From assembly GCF_013315695.1 (NCBI RefSeq), contig NZ_CP054353.1: DNA of 64,000 nucleotides; one strand, written 5' to 3'. Under the pieces are notes generated by a model. It worked only from the letters and a program-made list of their open reading frames with translations. It was not told the DNA's origin and did not search any database. This stretch comes from Escherichia coli. Its GTDB lineage: Bacteria; Pseudomonadota; Gammaproteobacteria; Enterobacterales; Enterobacteriaceae. Each line of letters begins with the position of its first letter. Positions within the stretch are counted from its first letter, which is position 1. The translations under genes and the position numbers were made by a program. Of this stretch, positions 11,432-23,604 are shown in pieces.

Positions 11432-12928
11432 TTACTGTACAGGTGGAATATCCGTCACTTCAGGATGTACGTCATCCGTGGCGACAGATGTGGCGGCAGC
11501 CGCAGTCGATGGGGCCATGATTTGATCCCAGGCCGCCTGCAACGCTTTCATGTTAAATTCCGGCTCGCCTTTCGGCTGCAGCAGTATTAACGCCATATCA
11601 TTCGACAACTGCTGACGCAGATCCTGATTTAACATCTCCACCGTCAGGCTGTTAAGGAAATCCTGACGCAGTTTCTGATATTGCTCCGGCGCGATATCGA
11701 CGACCTGATTTTGCAACGAACGCATCCGCTGCCCCATCAGAATATCGGTATCAGCTCGCGCATAGGCGGCAAACAGTTTCTGCAGCTCCAGTTTCTTTTG
11801 CGCCACTAACGCATTGAACTCTTCTTCCGGCAGACCTTTATCGCGAACCTTCGCCAGTTCACGCGCCACCAGATTAAGGTTGCTGTTCAGCTTGTCGTTT
11901 GGTGATTCGATGTTGATGGCACACTGCGCACGCAGATACAGCACACGGCAGTCAAATCCAAGACCGATGTCTTTACTGTTACTGGCGCTTAACGCTTGCT
12001 GAACATGCCAGAACAGCGCCTCACGGGCCAGGTCCGCACGCCAGTAGCGCAGCAGTGCGGCTGATTCACGAATCGGCTGCCACGGCGTATCCCACATGAT
12101 TGATAACCGGTCCTGACGCACCGCGTCAGTCATAATGCTCACCGCTTCCGCACGCAGCGGAGAAAGCGTCGGCACCGGAGCCGGTGTTTCACGTTTGCCT
12201 TTCAGTTCGCCAAACGTTTTATTGATTTGGTCGACAACCGAGCGCGCATCCACGTTTCCCACCACCAGCAGCGTCATTGCATCCGGGGTGTACCATTTCT
12301 GATAGAAATCTTTAATCTTTTCCGCTTCAACGGGTTGTTTCAGCGGATCGGCAGGATCGTGACCTAACAAGGTTGATCCTTTCAGACGATAGCGCCACCA
12401 GCCCTCTTTAGTATCGGCAGGCCAGGTTGCCACCATGTCCTGACTTTGCAGCGCGTGGTTGATGGTTTCTGGCGTGATAGTCAGTTTGCCAGTGGCATTT
12501 GCCAGATAAGAGAGCGCTTCTTTCAGCAAGTCGTTACGGTTATTGGGCAAACTCAGATTAAACAGCGTGGTGTCATAAGAGACAATTACCGGCGGCATCG
12601 GGCGTTTAGGGTCGATCCCCTGCTGCCACAATGAACGCGCCTGCGCTGCGTCAAGGCCACCGCTTTGCGTTAACGCAATACGAGGGATGGCGTGGCTGTA
12701 ACCGCTCTGTTGTGTACTTTCGGCGAGCGAACCGGTATTAACCAGCAGGCGAATTTCAACACGATCGCTGGGACGCTGGGGCGTGGTCAGCACTTGCCAC
12801 TGTAAACCGTTGGAAAGCGTCCCCTGTTGCCATGCTGGATCAGGCTGGAGCGCATCTGCCTGCACATAGCCAGCAGTGGCCATCATCAGCAAACCGCCCG
12901 CTAAAAGTCGAATTTTTGTGCCCTGCAT
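11432..12928 (-). CDS. yhjJ: Periplasmic M16-family peptidase-like protein
   Basis: 498-aa ORF with signal peptide; synteny. Confidence 0.8.
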   Translation of the reverse strand: MQGTKIRLLAGGLLMMATAGYVQADALQPDPAWQQGTLSNGLQWQVLTTPQRPSDRVEIRLLVNTGSLAESTQQSGYSHAIPRIALTQSGGLDAAQARSLWQQGIDPKRPMPPVIVSYDTTLFNLSLPNNRNDLLKEALSYLANATGKLTITPETINHALQSQDMVATWPADTKEGWWRYRLKGSTLLGHDPADPLKQPVEAEKIKDFYQKWYTPDAMTLLVVGNVDARSVVDQINKTFGELKGKRETPAPVPTLSPLRAEAVSIMTDAVRQDRLSIMWDTPWQPIRESAALLRYWRADLAREALFWHVQQALSASNSKDIGLGFDCRVLYLRAQCAINIESPNDKLNSNLNLVARELAKVRDKGLPEEEFNALVAQKKLELQKLFAAYARADTDILMGQRMRSLQNQVVDIAPEQYQKLRQDFLNSLTVEMLNQDLRQQLSNDMALILLQPKGEPEFNMKALQAAWDQIMAPSTAAAATSVATDDVHPEVTDIPPVQ

Positions 12929-13098
12929 GTGAACCCCTGATCAACTATCCTGGTAATAAAAAACTGCCCGTTGTCGGTCAGTCTAAATGACGTTAAAAAC
13001 ACTTCGTGTTAGACCGCAAGAACATGAAAATGTCACGGAAGAAGTGAAATAAACCTGAACTCACCCAGGTGGTAAGTTCAGGCACAGGGGTCAATTAT

Positions 13099-13133
13099 GC
13101 GCAAACACCCGCACTCGGGGAAGGGAGTGCGGG
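13099..13133 (-). terminator. Rho-independent terminator downstream of dctA
   Basis: Hairpin CCCGCACTC…GAGTGCGGG followed by a U-rich tract on the minus strand. Confidence 0.55.
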
Positions 13134-13147
13134 CATAAGTGGTGAGA

Positions 13148-14470
<1,323 letters not shown>

Positions 14471-14616
14471 TTATGGGGTACCTGCGGCCTTAAAATAACA
14501 CCCAGACAACATCACAGAAATGTACCTGGATCATAATTGAAACAAAAAGGTTAAAAAGTTTGAGCTGGCTCGCACAAACCAGCACTTTTTAAAGTTTTGT
14601 AATCAGTTTGGGGTAG

Positions 14617-16605
14617 CTACTTTTCTTCCAGGTAACTCTCTTCGAAGATTTCAATAGGGAGTGGGCGAGCAAAAAGGAAGCCCTGGGCAATACCAACGCC
14701 CGCTTTTGCCAGCCAGTCGCGTTGTGCTTCAGTCTCCACGCCTTCGGCAATCATTTGTAAGTTCAGGCTTTGCGCCAACATGATAATTGCAGCAATCATG
14801 CTGCTATCTTCCGGCAAGCCTTCAACAAACATTTTGTCGATTTTTAACACGTCGATTGGCAACGATTTCATATGCTGCAGCTGACGCAGCCCTGCGTAGC
14901 CCATGCCGAAATCATCCAGCGCCACCCGAACGCCGGCATTACGCAACGGGCGGAGGATTGCCACCGCTGCATGAGGGTCGTCAATACGTCGGCTTTCTGT
15001 CACTTCCAGAATCAGTGTTCCCGGCTGAATGCGATAGCGGGTTAACAGTTCCAGCATATCCGCTACCATATTCGGGTGCATCAGTTGCAGCGCTGAGAGG
15101 TTTACCGACAAGGGCAACATAATGCCGCGCTCTTGCCAGGCAGCCAGCAGTCGACAGGACTCTTCCAGCACCCAGTGACCGACGGTAACCATCAGCCCAC
15201 AGCACTCAATGCGATCGATTAAGCCATCCGGCAGATCCCAACTGCCATCCGGTTGCTGGATACGCAGTAACACTTCCGCACTGACCAGTTTACCGCTGGT
15301 CATCTCGACCTGTGGCTGTAACCAAATCGCAAACTGATGATTTTCCAGTGCATTAAGGATATCGCTCTCTTCCGTCAACCGCTGTTGGGCGGCTTCCATC
15401 TGCTGCGGATCAAAGAACTGAATCTGATTCTTGCCTTTATGGCGAGCGGTAAATGCCGCAGAAATAGCGCGACTGTAAAGCTGTTCGGCGGTGAGATCGC
15501 CGTAGAACATCGCCACGCCAATGCTACAGTGCGGACGGAGTTGAATACGTTCAATCGGCAGGCGCTCGCTCATGATAGTGAGCACTTGCTGACCCAAAGT
15601 GATTGCGTGCCACGGTTCCTGTACCCCGTTGGCAATGACAGCAAAGTCATAACCGCTAATCTGCGCGAGGATCATACGTGGCGACAGTACCGATTTGAGT
15701 TTTTCCACCAGCGTCAGCAGCAGAATTTCTCGTTGCGCCTCTTTCAGCACGCCCGCAGTATCACGCAGGGTTTCACAGGTGATAATCATCAGCGCGGTGG
15801 TTTGTTTACGCGCGACAACCTGCTCCAGCATCTCCATCAGCAAAGCTTTGTTCGGCAAATCCGACACCGGGAAGCGCATCGCGTTTTCGTTCTGTTCTTC
15901 ATAATGGCGCTGCAGCAATTGCTGGTTGAGGTTGTAACTGCGCACCAGCATACCGATTTCATCGTCCTGATGCAGACGTGGTAATGCCAGTTGGTGACCA
16001 ACAAGTTCCTGGGCAGGGATGGCGTTAAGTTCGCGAGCAATATTGCGTAACGGATGCAAAATCAGGCGGTTAATGCACCAGCTAATCGCCACCGTCAATA
16101 TTAACGACAAAAGTAAGTAAATGGTCACTAACGTTGAGAGGGTACTCATCACGAACTTATACATGCGGAAGGAATCCGCCTGTAGCACCAGATAGGCAAT
16201 TGGCTGCGGATTTGCCGGACGTTCGAGCGAGTAGACACCCAGCGAGATTTGAACCGGTAGCTCAAACAGGCGAGTAACCATTACCGATACCGGACGCTCT
16301 GGAATAAAACTTTTACGCAGCGCCTGGAACTGGTTAGGCAGCACCACATCGGCACGGCTGACCACGCCTGCCGGTTTAATGCTGGCAAGAATAGCTTCCG
16401 CTTCGGGAATATCGCCTTTCAAAATGGCAGAAGATAAGGGTTCGCGGACAGAGCGAGCAATGCTTTCCAGTTGCGTAGCCGTGTTATAGCGATTCTGCTG
16501 GACCAGATGGAACAGCAAAACGGTGCAAAAAATAAAAACGAACACCATGACAACGGCTGCCACCATTGCCATCTGCTTGATTGTTAACGAGCGACTTACG
16601 CGCAA
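14617..16605 (-). CDS. pdeK: Membrane GGDEF(degenerate)-EAL c-di-GMP phosphodiesterase
   Basis: 662-aa ORF with N-terminal TM, HAMP and C-terminal EAL region; synteny. Confidence 0.8.
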   Translation of the reverse strand: MRVSRSLTIKQMAMVAAVVMVFVFIFCTVLLFHLVQQNRYNTATQLESIARSVREPLSSAILKGDIPEAEAILASIKPAGVVSRADVVLPNQFQALRKSFIPERPVSVMVTRLFELPVQISLGVYSLERPANPQPIAYLVLQADSFRMYKFVMSTLSTLVTIYLLLSLILTVAISWCINRLILHPLRNIARELNAIPAQELVGHQLALPRLHQDDEIGMLVRSYNLNQQLLQRHYEEQNENAMRFPVSDLPNKALLMEMLEQVVARKQTTALMIITCETLRDTAGVLKEAQREILLLTLVEKLKSVLSPRMILAQISGYDFAVIANGVQEPWHAITLGQQVLTIMSERLPIERIQLRPHCSIGVAMFYGDLTAEQLYSRAISAAFTARHKGKNQIQFFDPQQMEAAQQRLTEESDILNALENHQFAIWLQPQVEMTSGKLVSAEVLLRIQQPDGSWDLPDGLIDRIECCGLMVTVGHWVLEESCRLLAAWQERGIMLPLSVNLSALQLMHPNMVADMLELLTRYRIQPGTLILEVTESRRIDDPHAAVAILRPLRNAGVRVALDDFGMGYAGLRQLQHMKSLPIDVLKIDKMFVEGLPEDSSMIAAIIMLAQSLNLQMIAEGVETEAQRDWLAKAGVGIAQGFLFARPLPIEIFEESYLEEK

Positions 16606-16686
16606 ATTGTCTCCCCCCGGAAATCCCAGATTGCCGCCCGAGTATACCCGATCGCAGCGGCATTAAGAGAGGCGCTATCTGAAAAC

Positions 16687-19600
16687 TTACCAGTCGGCGT
16701 AAGGTATCAGCGGCTGCGGCGGTAAATCCATGTCACCCTGCCATCCGGCGGCGGAATAACGTACGTAGAGCAGGAAATGGCTGGGTGCGTAATCTTTTGC
16801 CTGCTGGATATCAATTGCCGTGCCGACAAACCAGTTGGAAGTAACACGTCGTTCAAGTAATGCCCGCGCCGTGTAGCCAAAGCCCTGACTGCTGCCGCCA
16901 TCGTTGGATTGTTGTGCGGCTTCTTCCTGCCAGTCGCTCGGGATCAGATTCATCAGCGGATAACGCGGCATGGTTTTGGTGCGTGAATGCGACCACGATC
17001 CAGACGCCCCCAGCTCCCACGACCAGTTTTCCGTGCGCTCCCGCCACATCACCGGTATGGCAAACGACAGGTATTCCTGCGGACTGTAGTAACCGCCCTG
17101 ACCGAGTGAGTAGCCACTCAGGTCTTTGTCGTAATGCCAGATCATGTTGTTCAGGCCGATTGTGACGCGGCGATTGTTCTGGTTAATGACCTTATAGTAA
17201 TAGCCCGTCATCCAGCGCACACGCCAGTTATCTTCGACATTTTTACCGGTTAACTGGTCGCCACTAAGCGATGCCCAGACGCCGTTTGCTTCACCTTTAT
17301 CGTAGCTCAGGCTTAGCCCCACGCCGTCGGCACGCACGCCGCCCCATTTTTTCCCGGTATTGCTCGGAGAGTCTTTTTGCCCACCAAAGGCCAGCAAAGA
17401 ACTGGAGATGGGCCGACGATGGGCGTTAACGGTGTAACCCAGCGGCCCAATATCATCGCTGTAACTGATGCCGCCGACCACATCCACCACGTTGAAGCCC
17501 ATCGGCGTGGTGCCGATATCCCAGCTCCAGACGTCATTTCGCCAGCCGACCGCCACGCTGGCACCGGAATCCGACTGGCTGCGGTTGCCGCTACAATCCT
17601 GTAATGTACAGGTGCCCCAGTTGTCATCCCATTTACCATCGGCATTAGTGGAGAAACTGCCGACGTTCATATTGACGAAATCACTGCGAAAGAACATCCG
17701 CCCGTCAGAATACGGCGCGTCCACCTGCAACATAGTGGTGTGCGCTTTCAGATCGGAATAACCACCGGTGCCGCTCGAACCCCAGTAATCATGCTCAAGG
17801 GTGACGTTAAGATCCTGCTGGCGATAGAGGTCCGCCGCATCGCTGCGCACGCCGCGTTTCAGCCAGTCATCTTTCTCGTCGTTACGGGTCAGTCGGGTAA
17901 AGGTGTCGTTATCCTGCGGGCGCGTCGTAGTCACACCGGATGCGACCATGGCGTCTTTGTAGGTTTCCAGCGCCTGCTTTGGATCGCCCGCCTGTGCTTC
18001 AAACTTCGCACCGTCGCGCAGCACCATCGCGCTTTCCATCGACGGTGGCTGAGATTTTGCCTGCGGGATCAACTTATTAAACGTCTGCTGCGCCGCTGCG
18101 GTATCGCCAAGCTGCGCCTGTGCCAGCGCCACGCGCCGCTGAGTGTTCAGCGAGGCGTTATTGGTGGCAGGCAGCTTCGCCAGCTGGCTACGTGCCGCCG
18201 CTTTGTCACCGGCAGCAATATCCACTTCCGTCAGACCAAGAATGGCATCGGCGTTAGTTGGCTCCCGCGTCAGGACATTCTGATATGCAGCGCGAGCGGC
18301 GGTGTAATCACGTCGTTGTTGCGCCCAGTCAGCCAGCGTGAGGTCTATGCGCGTGGAAGGTGGTTGCTGGCGCAGCATCGCTTCCGCTTCAGCTTCTTTG
18401 CCGCTTTCTCGCAGGCGATTAGCGGTTTCCAACACCTGATCGCTTTGCAGTCGATTAACCAGCTCCTGAATATTGCTGTTCCATTGCGCGCGCGGCAGGC
18501 TGTTGATATGCGCCAGCACCGCTCTGTCCTGGTCATGACCAGAGAGATACAGCCCGTAAGCGTAAACCTGCTCCGGGTCGTTCGGCTTCTGCTGTGCCAG
18601 ATTGCGCATTAATGTATCAGCCTGGCTGCGTTGTCCGGCCTGCCAGAGATCCTGCGAAAGTCGGTAAGTAATCCATACGCTGCCGGGATCCAGCGCCAGT
18701 CGTTGCCGCTGAAGTGCTGCCGCCTGCGCCCATTTGCCCTGGTTTTCCAGTGCCTCTGCCTGCTGTGCCAGACAGTCGTTTTGCAGGCTGCGTTCGATAT
18801 CATCAATGCTACGCCGCTGACTGGCAGAGAGCGAGGCGATAAACGCTTCAGCTTTTTCTGGCGATTGCTGGCGGTAAATATTCGCCAGCCCGCGCACGGC
18901 GTTAGTGTTGCCGCTGTCCATACGCAGGGTCTGCTGATAATAGCGTTCAGCGGCGGGGTAATCTTTGCGCGCCATCGCCACATCGCCCAGCCCCAGCACC
19001 GCATAGCTGTCGGTGTTATCGACATTACGTGCCTGCTGGAACAACCGTTCCGCCCGGTCAGGATTATTGGCTTTCAGCGCAGCATCGCCCTGCTGGATTG
19101 CCAGCCAGTAGCGGTTTACTTTCAGCAGACTGTTCCATTTGTCGTTGTTGCTGCTGTGCGGGTCCAGTGCGAGGGCTTTTTCCAGATTCGCCACCGCATT
19201 GGCGCGATCGCCTTTCTGAGAATACGCCTGGCCCAGCGCCCCCAGAGCCTCACTATCTTTCGGGTTCGCCCGCACCGCCTGTTGTAGTTCGGGAATGGCT
19301 TTACCCGCCATACCAGAGTCCACCGCCGCTAAACCTTGCGCACGAGCGCGGAAAGCAGAGTCGGCCAGCTGTTTTTGCTGTTCTGCCAGTTGCGATTGCG
19401 CCGTAGCTACGCTATCGCCATCACTAAAGATCGAGAGATATTTTTTCAGCGCCGACACACTGGCATCGCTGACGGGCATGTCTTTAATCTGCCCGTACCA
19501 GATTTTAGAGGCCCCTTCGCGCCCGGCGTTTGATTTCGCCATCTGTTCCAGGACGGCAAAACCTTCGTCACGGCGATCGCTACTAAACAGCAATAGCGCC

Positions 19601-20160
19601 AGATTGTTTTGCAGGCCCGTATTGCCCGGCGTATCCGCATTAATGCGTTTTAGCTGATTAATCGCTTCGCCACGGCGAGCCGGAATTTTCGCCACCGTAC
19701 TCCAGTACTCGACGGCAATGTCACCTTCCGGCGGCGCACCGTTGAACAGTTTGTTGTAACTCGCCACAGCTTCTTCTGCATGACCAGTAGTCGCCTGCAA
19801 TCTTGCCTGTTGCAGTGCCTGACGACCATCCGGCGTGGAAAGCAACATTGTGGTCCGCGACGATTTATACGCATTTGAACTCGGCGCTAACTGCGACAGC
19901 CGATCGAGCTGTTTTTGCGCGCCATCAATATCGCCCTGACGTAACAGAGAACGGAAACGGGCGGCAACGACGTCCGGGTTATTCGGATCAATAAGTTCCA
20001 GACGATACAACGACTGCTGCACCAGGTCTTCACGATGGGTCGCTTCGCCTAACCGAACTTGCTCCAGCAACTGTTGCTGAGCGGTTGGTGCTGCCTCGAC
20101 CATCGGCATGACGGCCAGACCGAGGGAAAGCGTGAATATGTTTAGTGTGAATTTGCGCAT
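16687..20160 (-). CDS. bcsC: Cellulose synthase operon protein C (TPR repeats plus outer-membrane beta-barrel)
   Basis: 1157-aa ORF; TPR-rich N-terminal region; synteny. Confidence 0.9.
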   Translation of the reverse strand: MRKFTLNIFTLSLGLAVMPMVEAAPTAQQQLLEQVRLGEATHREDLVQQSLYRLELIDPNNPDVVAARFRSLLRQGDIDGAQKQLDRLSQLAPSSNAYKSSRTTMLLSTPDGRQALQQARLQATTGHAEEAVASYNKLFNGAPPEGDIAVEYWSTVAKIPARRGEAINQLKRINADTPGNTGLQNNLALLLFSSDRRDEGFAVLEQMAKSNAGREGASKIWYGQIKDMPVSDASVSALKKYLSIFSDGDSVATAQSQLAEQQKQLADSAFRARAQGLAAVDSGMAGKAIPELQQAVRANPKDSEALGALGQAYSQKGDRANAVANLEKALALDPHSSNNDKWNSLLKVNRYWLAIQQGDAALKANNPDRAERLFQQARNVDNTDSYAVLGLGDVAMARKDYPAAERYYQQTLRMDSGNTNAVRGLANIYRQQSPEKAEAFIASLSASQRRSIDDIERSLQNDCLAQQAEALENQGKWAQAAALQRQRLALDPGSVWITYRLSQDLWQAGQRSQADTLMRNLAQQKPNDPEQVYAYGLYLSGHDQDRAVLAHINSLPRAQWNSNIQELVNRLQSDQVLETANRLRESGKEAEAEAMLRQQPPSTRIDLTLADWAQQRRDYTAARAAYQNVLTREPTNADAILGLTEVDIAAGDKAAARSQLAKLPATNNASLNTQRRVALAQAQLGDTAAAQQTFNKLIPQAKSQPPSMESAMVLRDGAKFEAQAGDPKQALETYKDAMVASGVTTTRPQDNDTFTRLTRNDEKDDWLKRGVRSDAADLYRQQDLNVTLEHDYWGSSGTGGYSDLKAHTTMLQVDAPYSDGRMFFRSDFVNMNVGSFSTNADGKWDDNWGTCTLQDCSGNRSQSDSGASVAVGWRNDVWSWDIGTTPMGFNVVDVVGGISYSDDIGPLGYTVNAHRRPISSSLLAFGGQKDSPSNTGKKWGGVRADGVGLSLSYDKGEANGVWASLSGDQLTGKNVEDNWRVRWMTGYYYKVINQNNRRVTIGLNNMIWHYDKDLSGYSLGQGGYYSPQEYLSFAIPVMWRERTENWSWELGASGSWSHSRTKTMPRYPLMNLIPSDWQEEAAQQSNDGGSSQGFGYTARALLERRVTSNWFVGTAIDIQQAKDYAPSHFLLYVRYSAAGWQGDMDLPPQPLIPYADW

Positions 20161-21248
20161 TCCTGGCCCCAGTCAGGTAATAACTCACCTTTTGTCGAGA
20201 AGCGGAAACGGTGTTGATCCCAGCCTTGTCCAAACAGGGTCAGCACATAGTTGTAATAGGCATCGCTGCCGGGAAAGTTATCGGCCACGCGCTGGCGCTG
20301 AACGGCCTGTGCATCGCGGTTTTGTAAAAAGGGCAGCATGGCGGCAGAAAAACCGACCGGTCCTTTACCCTGCGCTTTCCCCGTAGCCACATCCACTTTT
20401 TCTGGCGGATAGCCGTTTTTCTCGGTGAATGTCGCCATCGGTTTAAACCGGTTGAGCATCCGCGCTTTTTGCGGATCGCTGTCAGGCATCATGCCTACCC
20501 ACATGTAAACGCGGATCGCGTCGTAGCTGCTGATCAATGTTTTTTCGGCTTTTAGCTGCCAGCCTTTGTCTTTCTCATAGCGCACCCAGTCTGGCGAAAA
20601 GCCTTTCGGGGCGGTTTCCAGCAATAAACGTTGATTGGTTTCGCGCAGCGTAGTCCACGGCGCGCCAAAGCGGGTGAAATACTGCGCCAGCGTCGGCGGC
20701 AGGTAGCTGGGGTTAAAACGCCAGCTGTTATCCTCTGCAAATCCCACTTTGCCCGGCAACAACATGGAACCCAGCCCAGGCACCGTCACCACTTCCTCCC
20801 GCGCAATACGTTTTAACAACGCGCTGCCGATGTCGGTATAACGCTGCTCTTTCCACAAACGCCCCGCCTCCAGCAACGACCAGGCCATCCAGACATCACC
20901 ATCGGAGGCCGAATTGCTGTCCAGCACTTCCCACTTACTGTTCTCTTTCTTGCCCCACAGCCATGCGGGCAAACGTTCTTTTAAAGAACCCTGAGCGAGA
21001 TTGTTCTGCGTCCAGTCGAGAATATTATCGAAAGCTGCACGGTCGTTAGCCGCCAGGGCAAAGAACATGCCGTAACTTTGCCCTTCGGAAGTGGTGATTT
21101 TACGCGCGTCACTTGGGTCAATGACGCGCCCTTCCTGACTGATGTAATCCTTTTTGAACTGCTCCCAGGCAGGCCAGTTGCAGGCTGCCTGAACACTAAA
21201 GGCAGCCAGCAGCAGCATCGTCACGAGTCCACTACGCAACACATTCAT
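20142..21248 (-). CDS. bcsZ: Endo-1,4-beta-glucanase (GH8)
   Basis: ORF 20142..21254; overlaps bcsC start by 19 nt. Confidence 0.9.
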   Translation of the reverse strand: MNVLRSGLVTMLLLAAFSVQAACNWPAWEQFKKDYISQEGRVIDPSDARKITTSEGQSYGMFFALAANDRAAFDNILDWTQNNLAQGSLKERLPAWLWGKKENSKWEVLDSNSASDGDVWMAWSLLEAGRLWKEQRYTDIGSALLKRIAREEVVTVPGLGSMLLPGKVGFAEDNSWRFNPSYLPPTLAQYFTRFGAPWTTLRETNQRLLLETAPKGFSPDWVRYEKDKGWQLKAEKTLISSYDAIRVYMWVGMMPDSDPQKARMLNRFKPMATFTEKNGYPPEKVDVATGKAQGKGPVGFSAAMLPFLQNRDAQAVQRQRVADNFPGSDAYYNYVLTLFGQGWDQHRFRFSTKGELLPDWGQECANSH

Positions 21249-21254
21249 CTTCAA

Positions 21255-23594
21255 TTACTCGTTATCCGGGTTAAGACGACGACGGCTGATAATACGCAGC
21301 AAACGCCACAGTACCCATGCCAGCAGCACGACGCTGATTGCCGCCAGCACCGCCAGCAGAATCGGATGGTTTGCCAGGGCATACCATAAGCGTTCGAACC
21401 ACGGCAGATGGCCAACGTAATAGACGTCGCCAACGCGTAGGCTATTGATACCGGACTCGCGGATCACCGCGACCGAACCGAACATGGTGGCGCGTTTGCC
21501 GCTATCGTTCACCGCATCGTTAAGCATTTCATAACCGCGTGGGCTATCTGCCAGCAGCGCAATCACGCTACGCTGGTCGTTATACGGCGACTGGAAGCCA
21601 ATCACCGCTGCCATCGCACCGGAAGAGGTCAGCGTTGACTGAGTTTCTGCCGCGCGATCGCTCTCGTCCGGTACAATGCCGGGGAACGGGGTCTGGCGCA
21701 TCGGCGTTTTCACCCAGCTTTCGGTCGCCTGCACCAACAGGTCGATCTGCTTGTCGTCTTTCAGTTTGTCCGGGATACCACCGACGATCATGATGTCGGC
21801 ATCTTTGCCCTGAATGGTGCTGCCATCATCGGTCACCGTCAGGTTAATCGCCGGGAAGCCCGTCTGCGCACCGATAAAGCCAACGGTATTCAGCAAGGTT
21901 TCCATCTGTGCTTCGTTAGGCGCTTTCGGCATCACGGTGATGGTTTGCGACAGATCCGCCATCCGGCTGAACGGGAAGCCCGCGTTAGCAAAGGCGCGTA
22001 GATCCGGCATCGGGATGAAGTGGTAATACTTCGAGAAGTCGATGGTGGAGTCGTCACCAATCACCACATGATTCTGCACCGGCTGGAAGGTAATACAGTT
22101 ATCCACCGAACCGCCCGGCATCGGGTTCATATACTCAAAGTCGAAGCGCAGCTGGTTGGTCGCGCCCAGTTTCAGCGCCGGAATAGAGACATCCGTTTTG
22201 CCATCCAGCAAACCTTGTAATACCGGAATACGCAGCAGCAGGCGGTTCGCCTCCTGTTTACTGCTCAGGTTGAAGGATTGCAGGAACTGGTTATTCAGGC
22301 TGATATCCATCCGCGAACTGTCTTTCACCGGCGGCATGGTGTAGCGATAGTTGATATCCATATCAATGCCGGTACTGCGCATCAGGTAGAGATCCGGCGG
22401 CAGATTTAGCGAAACGTTAATCGCTGCTGGCTCAAGACCGCTGGATTGTAACTGTTCTTCATAGGTTTTCAGTTCACCAAAGGTGACCGGACGATCGGTA
22501 CGCACCCAGTTCGGCGCATCGTACGGCTTACGCGGTAGCAGCGGTTTCACTTCATTCACTACCACGCTTTCACCACGGAACAGAATGTTACCCTGAGCGA
22601 TACCTTTCGCTGCCTGCAACAAGTCTTTGTCGTCACGGCCAAACACCACCAGCAGTTTGACGTAAGGATTCTGCGGATGGTTAATCATCTCAATCACCGG
22701 GGCTTTTACCGCCGGATGATCGCGCAGGAAGTCCGGGCGTTTGTCATTGGTGGCAAAGACAATGGCATTGCGATCCGGCAGTTGGTTATAGAGCACCGGG
22801 AAGTTCTGCCCACGCCAGCCTGAACGCGAACCAAACCACGAGGCGACAATGGCAGATGCTTGTTGCAGCTCAACATCCGGCGCACCCGCAAAGACCATCG
22901 GCAAGGTGTTGGTGCGGTTATCACGCGGGTCAAAGAATGGTACCGGGAAGTGTGACAGGTCATTCTTCACATTCAGGGTCTGATAGGTCAAATCCAGTCC
23001 ACTGCTCCGCCCAACATCCAGCCAAAGCGTGGTGCTGGCCGGGTTTTCGCACACGTCCTGATAATGGCCGACAAACTCCAGCCGCACACGGTTGAAGTCG
23101 GTAATAAACAGTGGGTTAATGGGCATTTGCGCCAGCGTTTTTTTACCCAACTGTTCTTTGGTCACTGGCAGCACGCCCATCAGTTCATCATTGAGATAAA
23201 CCTTTAACTGCGACTGGACAGGCAGTAACGATGGCGATGGCGTGTATTCGAGGTTGAGCATCGCCTTCGTCACCACTTCATCACTGCGCATACCAAACTC
23301 AATGCTGCCGTTCGGGTTAATGCCACGTAGCACCATGCTGCCCGGCGGCGGCGCAATTTGCGCAAAGGTCAGCTTCACATCACGCGAAGGACCGTTCTGC
23401 GCCACGATGGGGGCATCAGCGCCCTGCACGCCCGGCATCACTTGCCCCACCTGCGGATTTTGTTCCGTCTGGGCGGCTACAGCTGGCTCAGCATTGATCA
23501 GTGGTTGCGTTGCTGGCGTCGCCTGCGTCATGAAAGAGGGGAACGCACTCATCCCCATAGCCACTGCACAAATCCAGAATAGTTTTCTTTTCAT
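21255..23594 (-). CDS. bcsB: Cellulose synthase regulatory subunit (c-di-GMP-binding protein)
   Basis: ORF 21255..23681; probable start MKRKLFWICAVAMG (779 aa). Confidence 0.9.
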   Translation of the reverse strand: MKRKLFWICAVAMGMSAFPSFMTQATPATQPLINAEPAVAAQTEQNPQVGQVMPGVQGADAPIVAQNGPSRDVKLTFAQIAPPPGSMVLRGINPNGSIEFGMRSDEVVTKAMLNLEYTPSPSLLPVQSQLKVYLNDELMGVLPVTKEQLGKKTLAQMPINPLFITDFNRVRLEFVGHYQDVCENPASTTLWLDVGRSSGLDLTYQTLNVKNDLSHFPVPFFDPRDNRTNTLPMVFAGAPDVELQQASAIVASWFGSRSGWRGQNFPVLYNQLPDRNAIVFATNDKRPDFLRDHPAVKAPVIEMINHPQNPYVKLLVVFGRDDKDLLQAAKGIAQGNILFRGESVVVNEVKPLLPRKPYDAPNWVRTDRPVTFGELKTYEEQLQSSGLEPAAINVSLNLPPDLYLMRSTGIDMDINYRYTMPPVKDSSRMDISLNNQFLQSFNLSSKQEANRLLLRIPVLQGLLDGKTDVSIPALKLGATNQLRFDFEYMNPMPGGSVDNCITFQPVQNHVVIGDDSTIDFSKYYHFIPMPDLRAFANAGFPFSRMADLSQTITVMPKAPNEAQMETLLNTVGFIGAQTGFPAINLTVTDDGSTIQGKDADIMIVGGIPDKLKDDKQIDLLVQATESWVKTPMRQTPFPGIVPDESDRAAETQSTLTSSGAMAAVIGFQSPYNDQRSVIALLADSPRGYEMLNDAVNDSGKRATMFGSVAVIRESGINSLRVGDVYYVGHLPWFERLWYALANHPILLAVLAAISVVLLAWVLWRLLRIISRRRLNPDNE

Positions 23595-23604
23595 CGCGTT
23601 ATCA

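Noticed and set aside
17740-19290. Long antisense ORFs within bcsC (17740..18612 and 18631..19287, plus strand)
   Set aside because: They lie entirely inside and opposite a well-supported 1157-aa gene, with Arg/Gln/Leu-rich low-complexity translations typical of shadow frames of GC-rich coding DNA.
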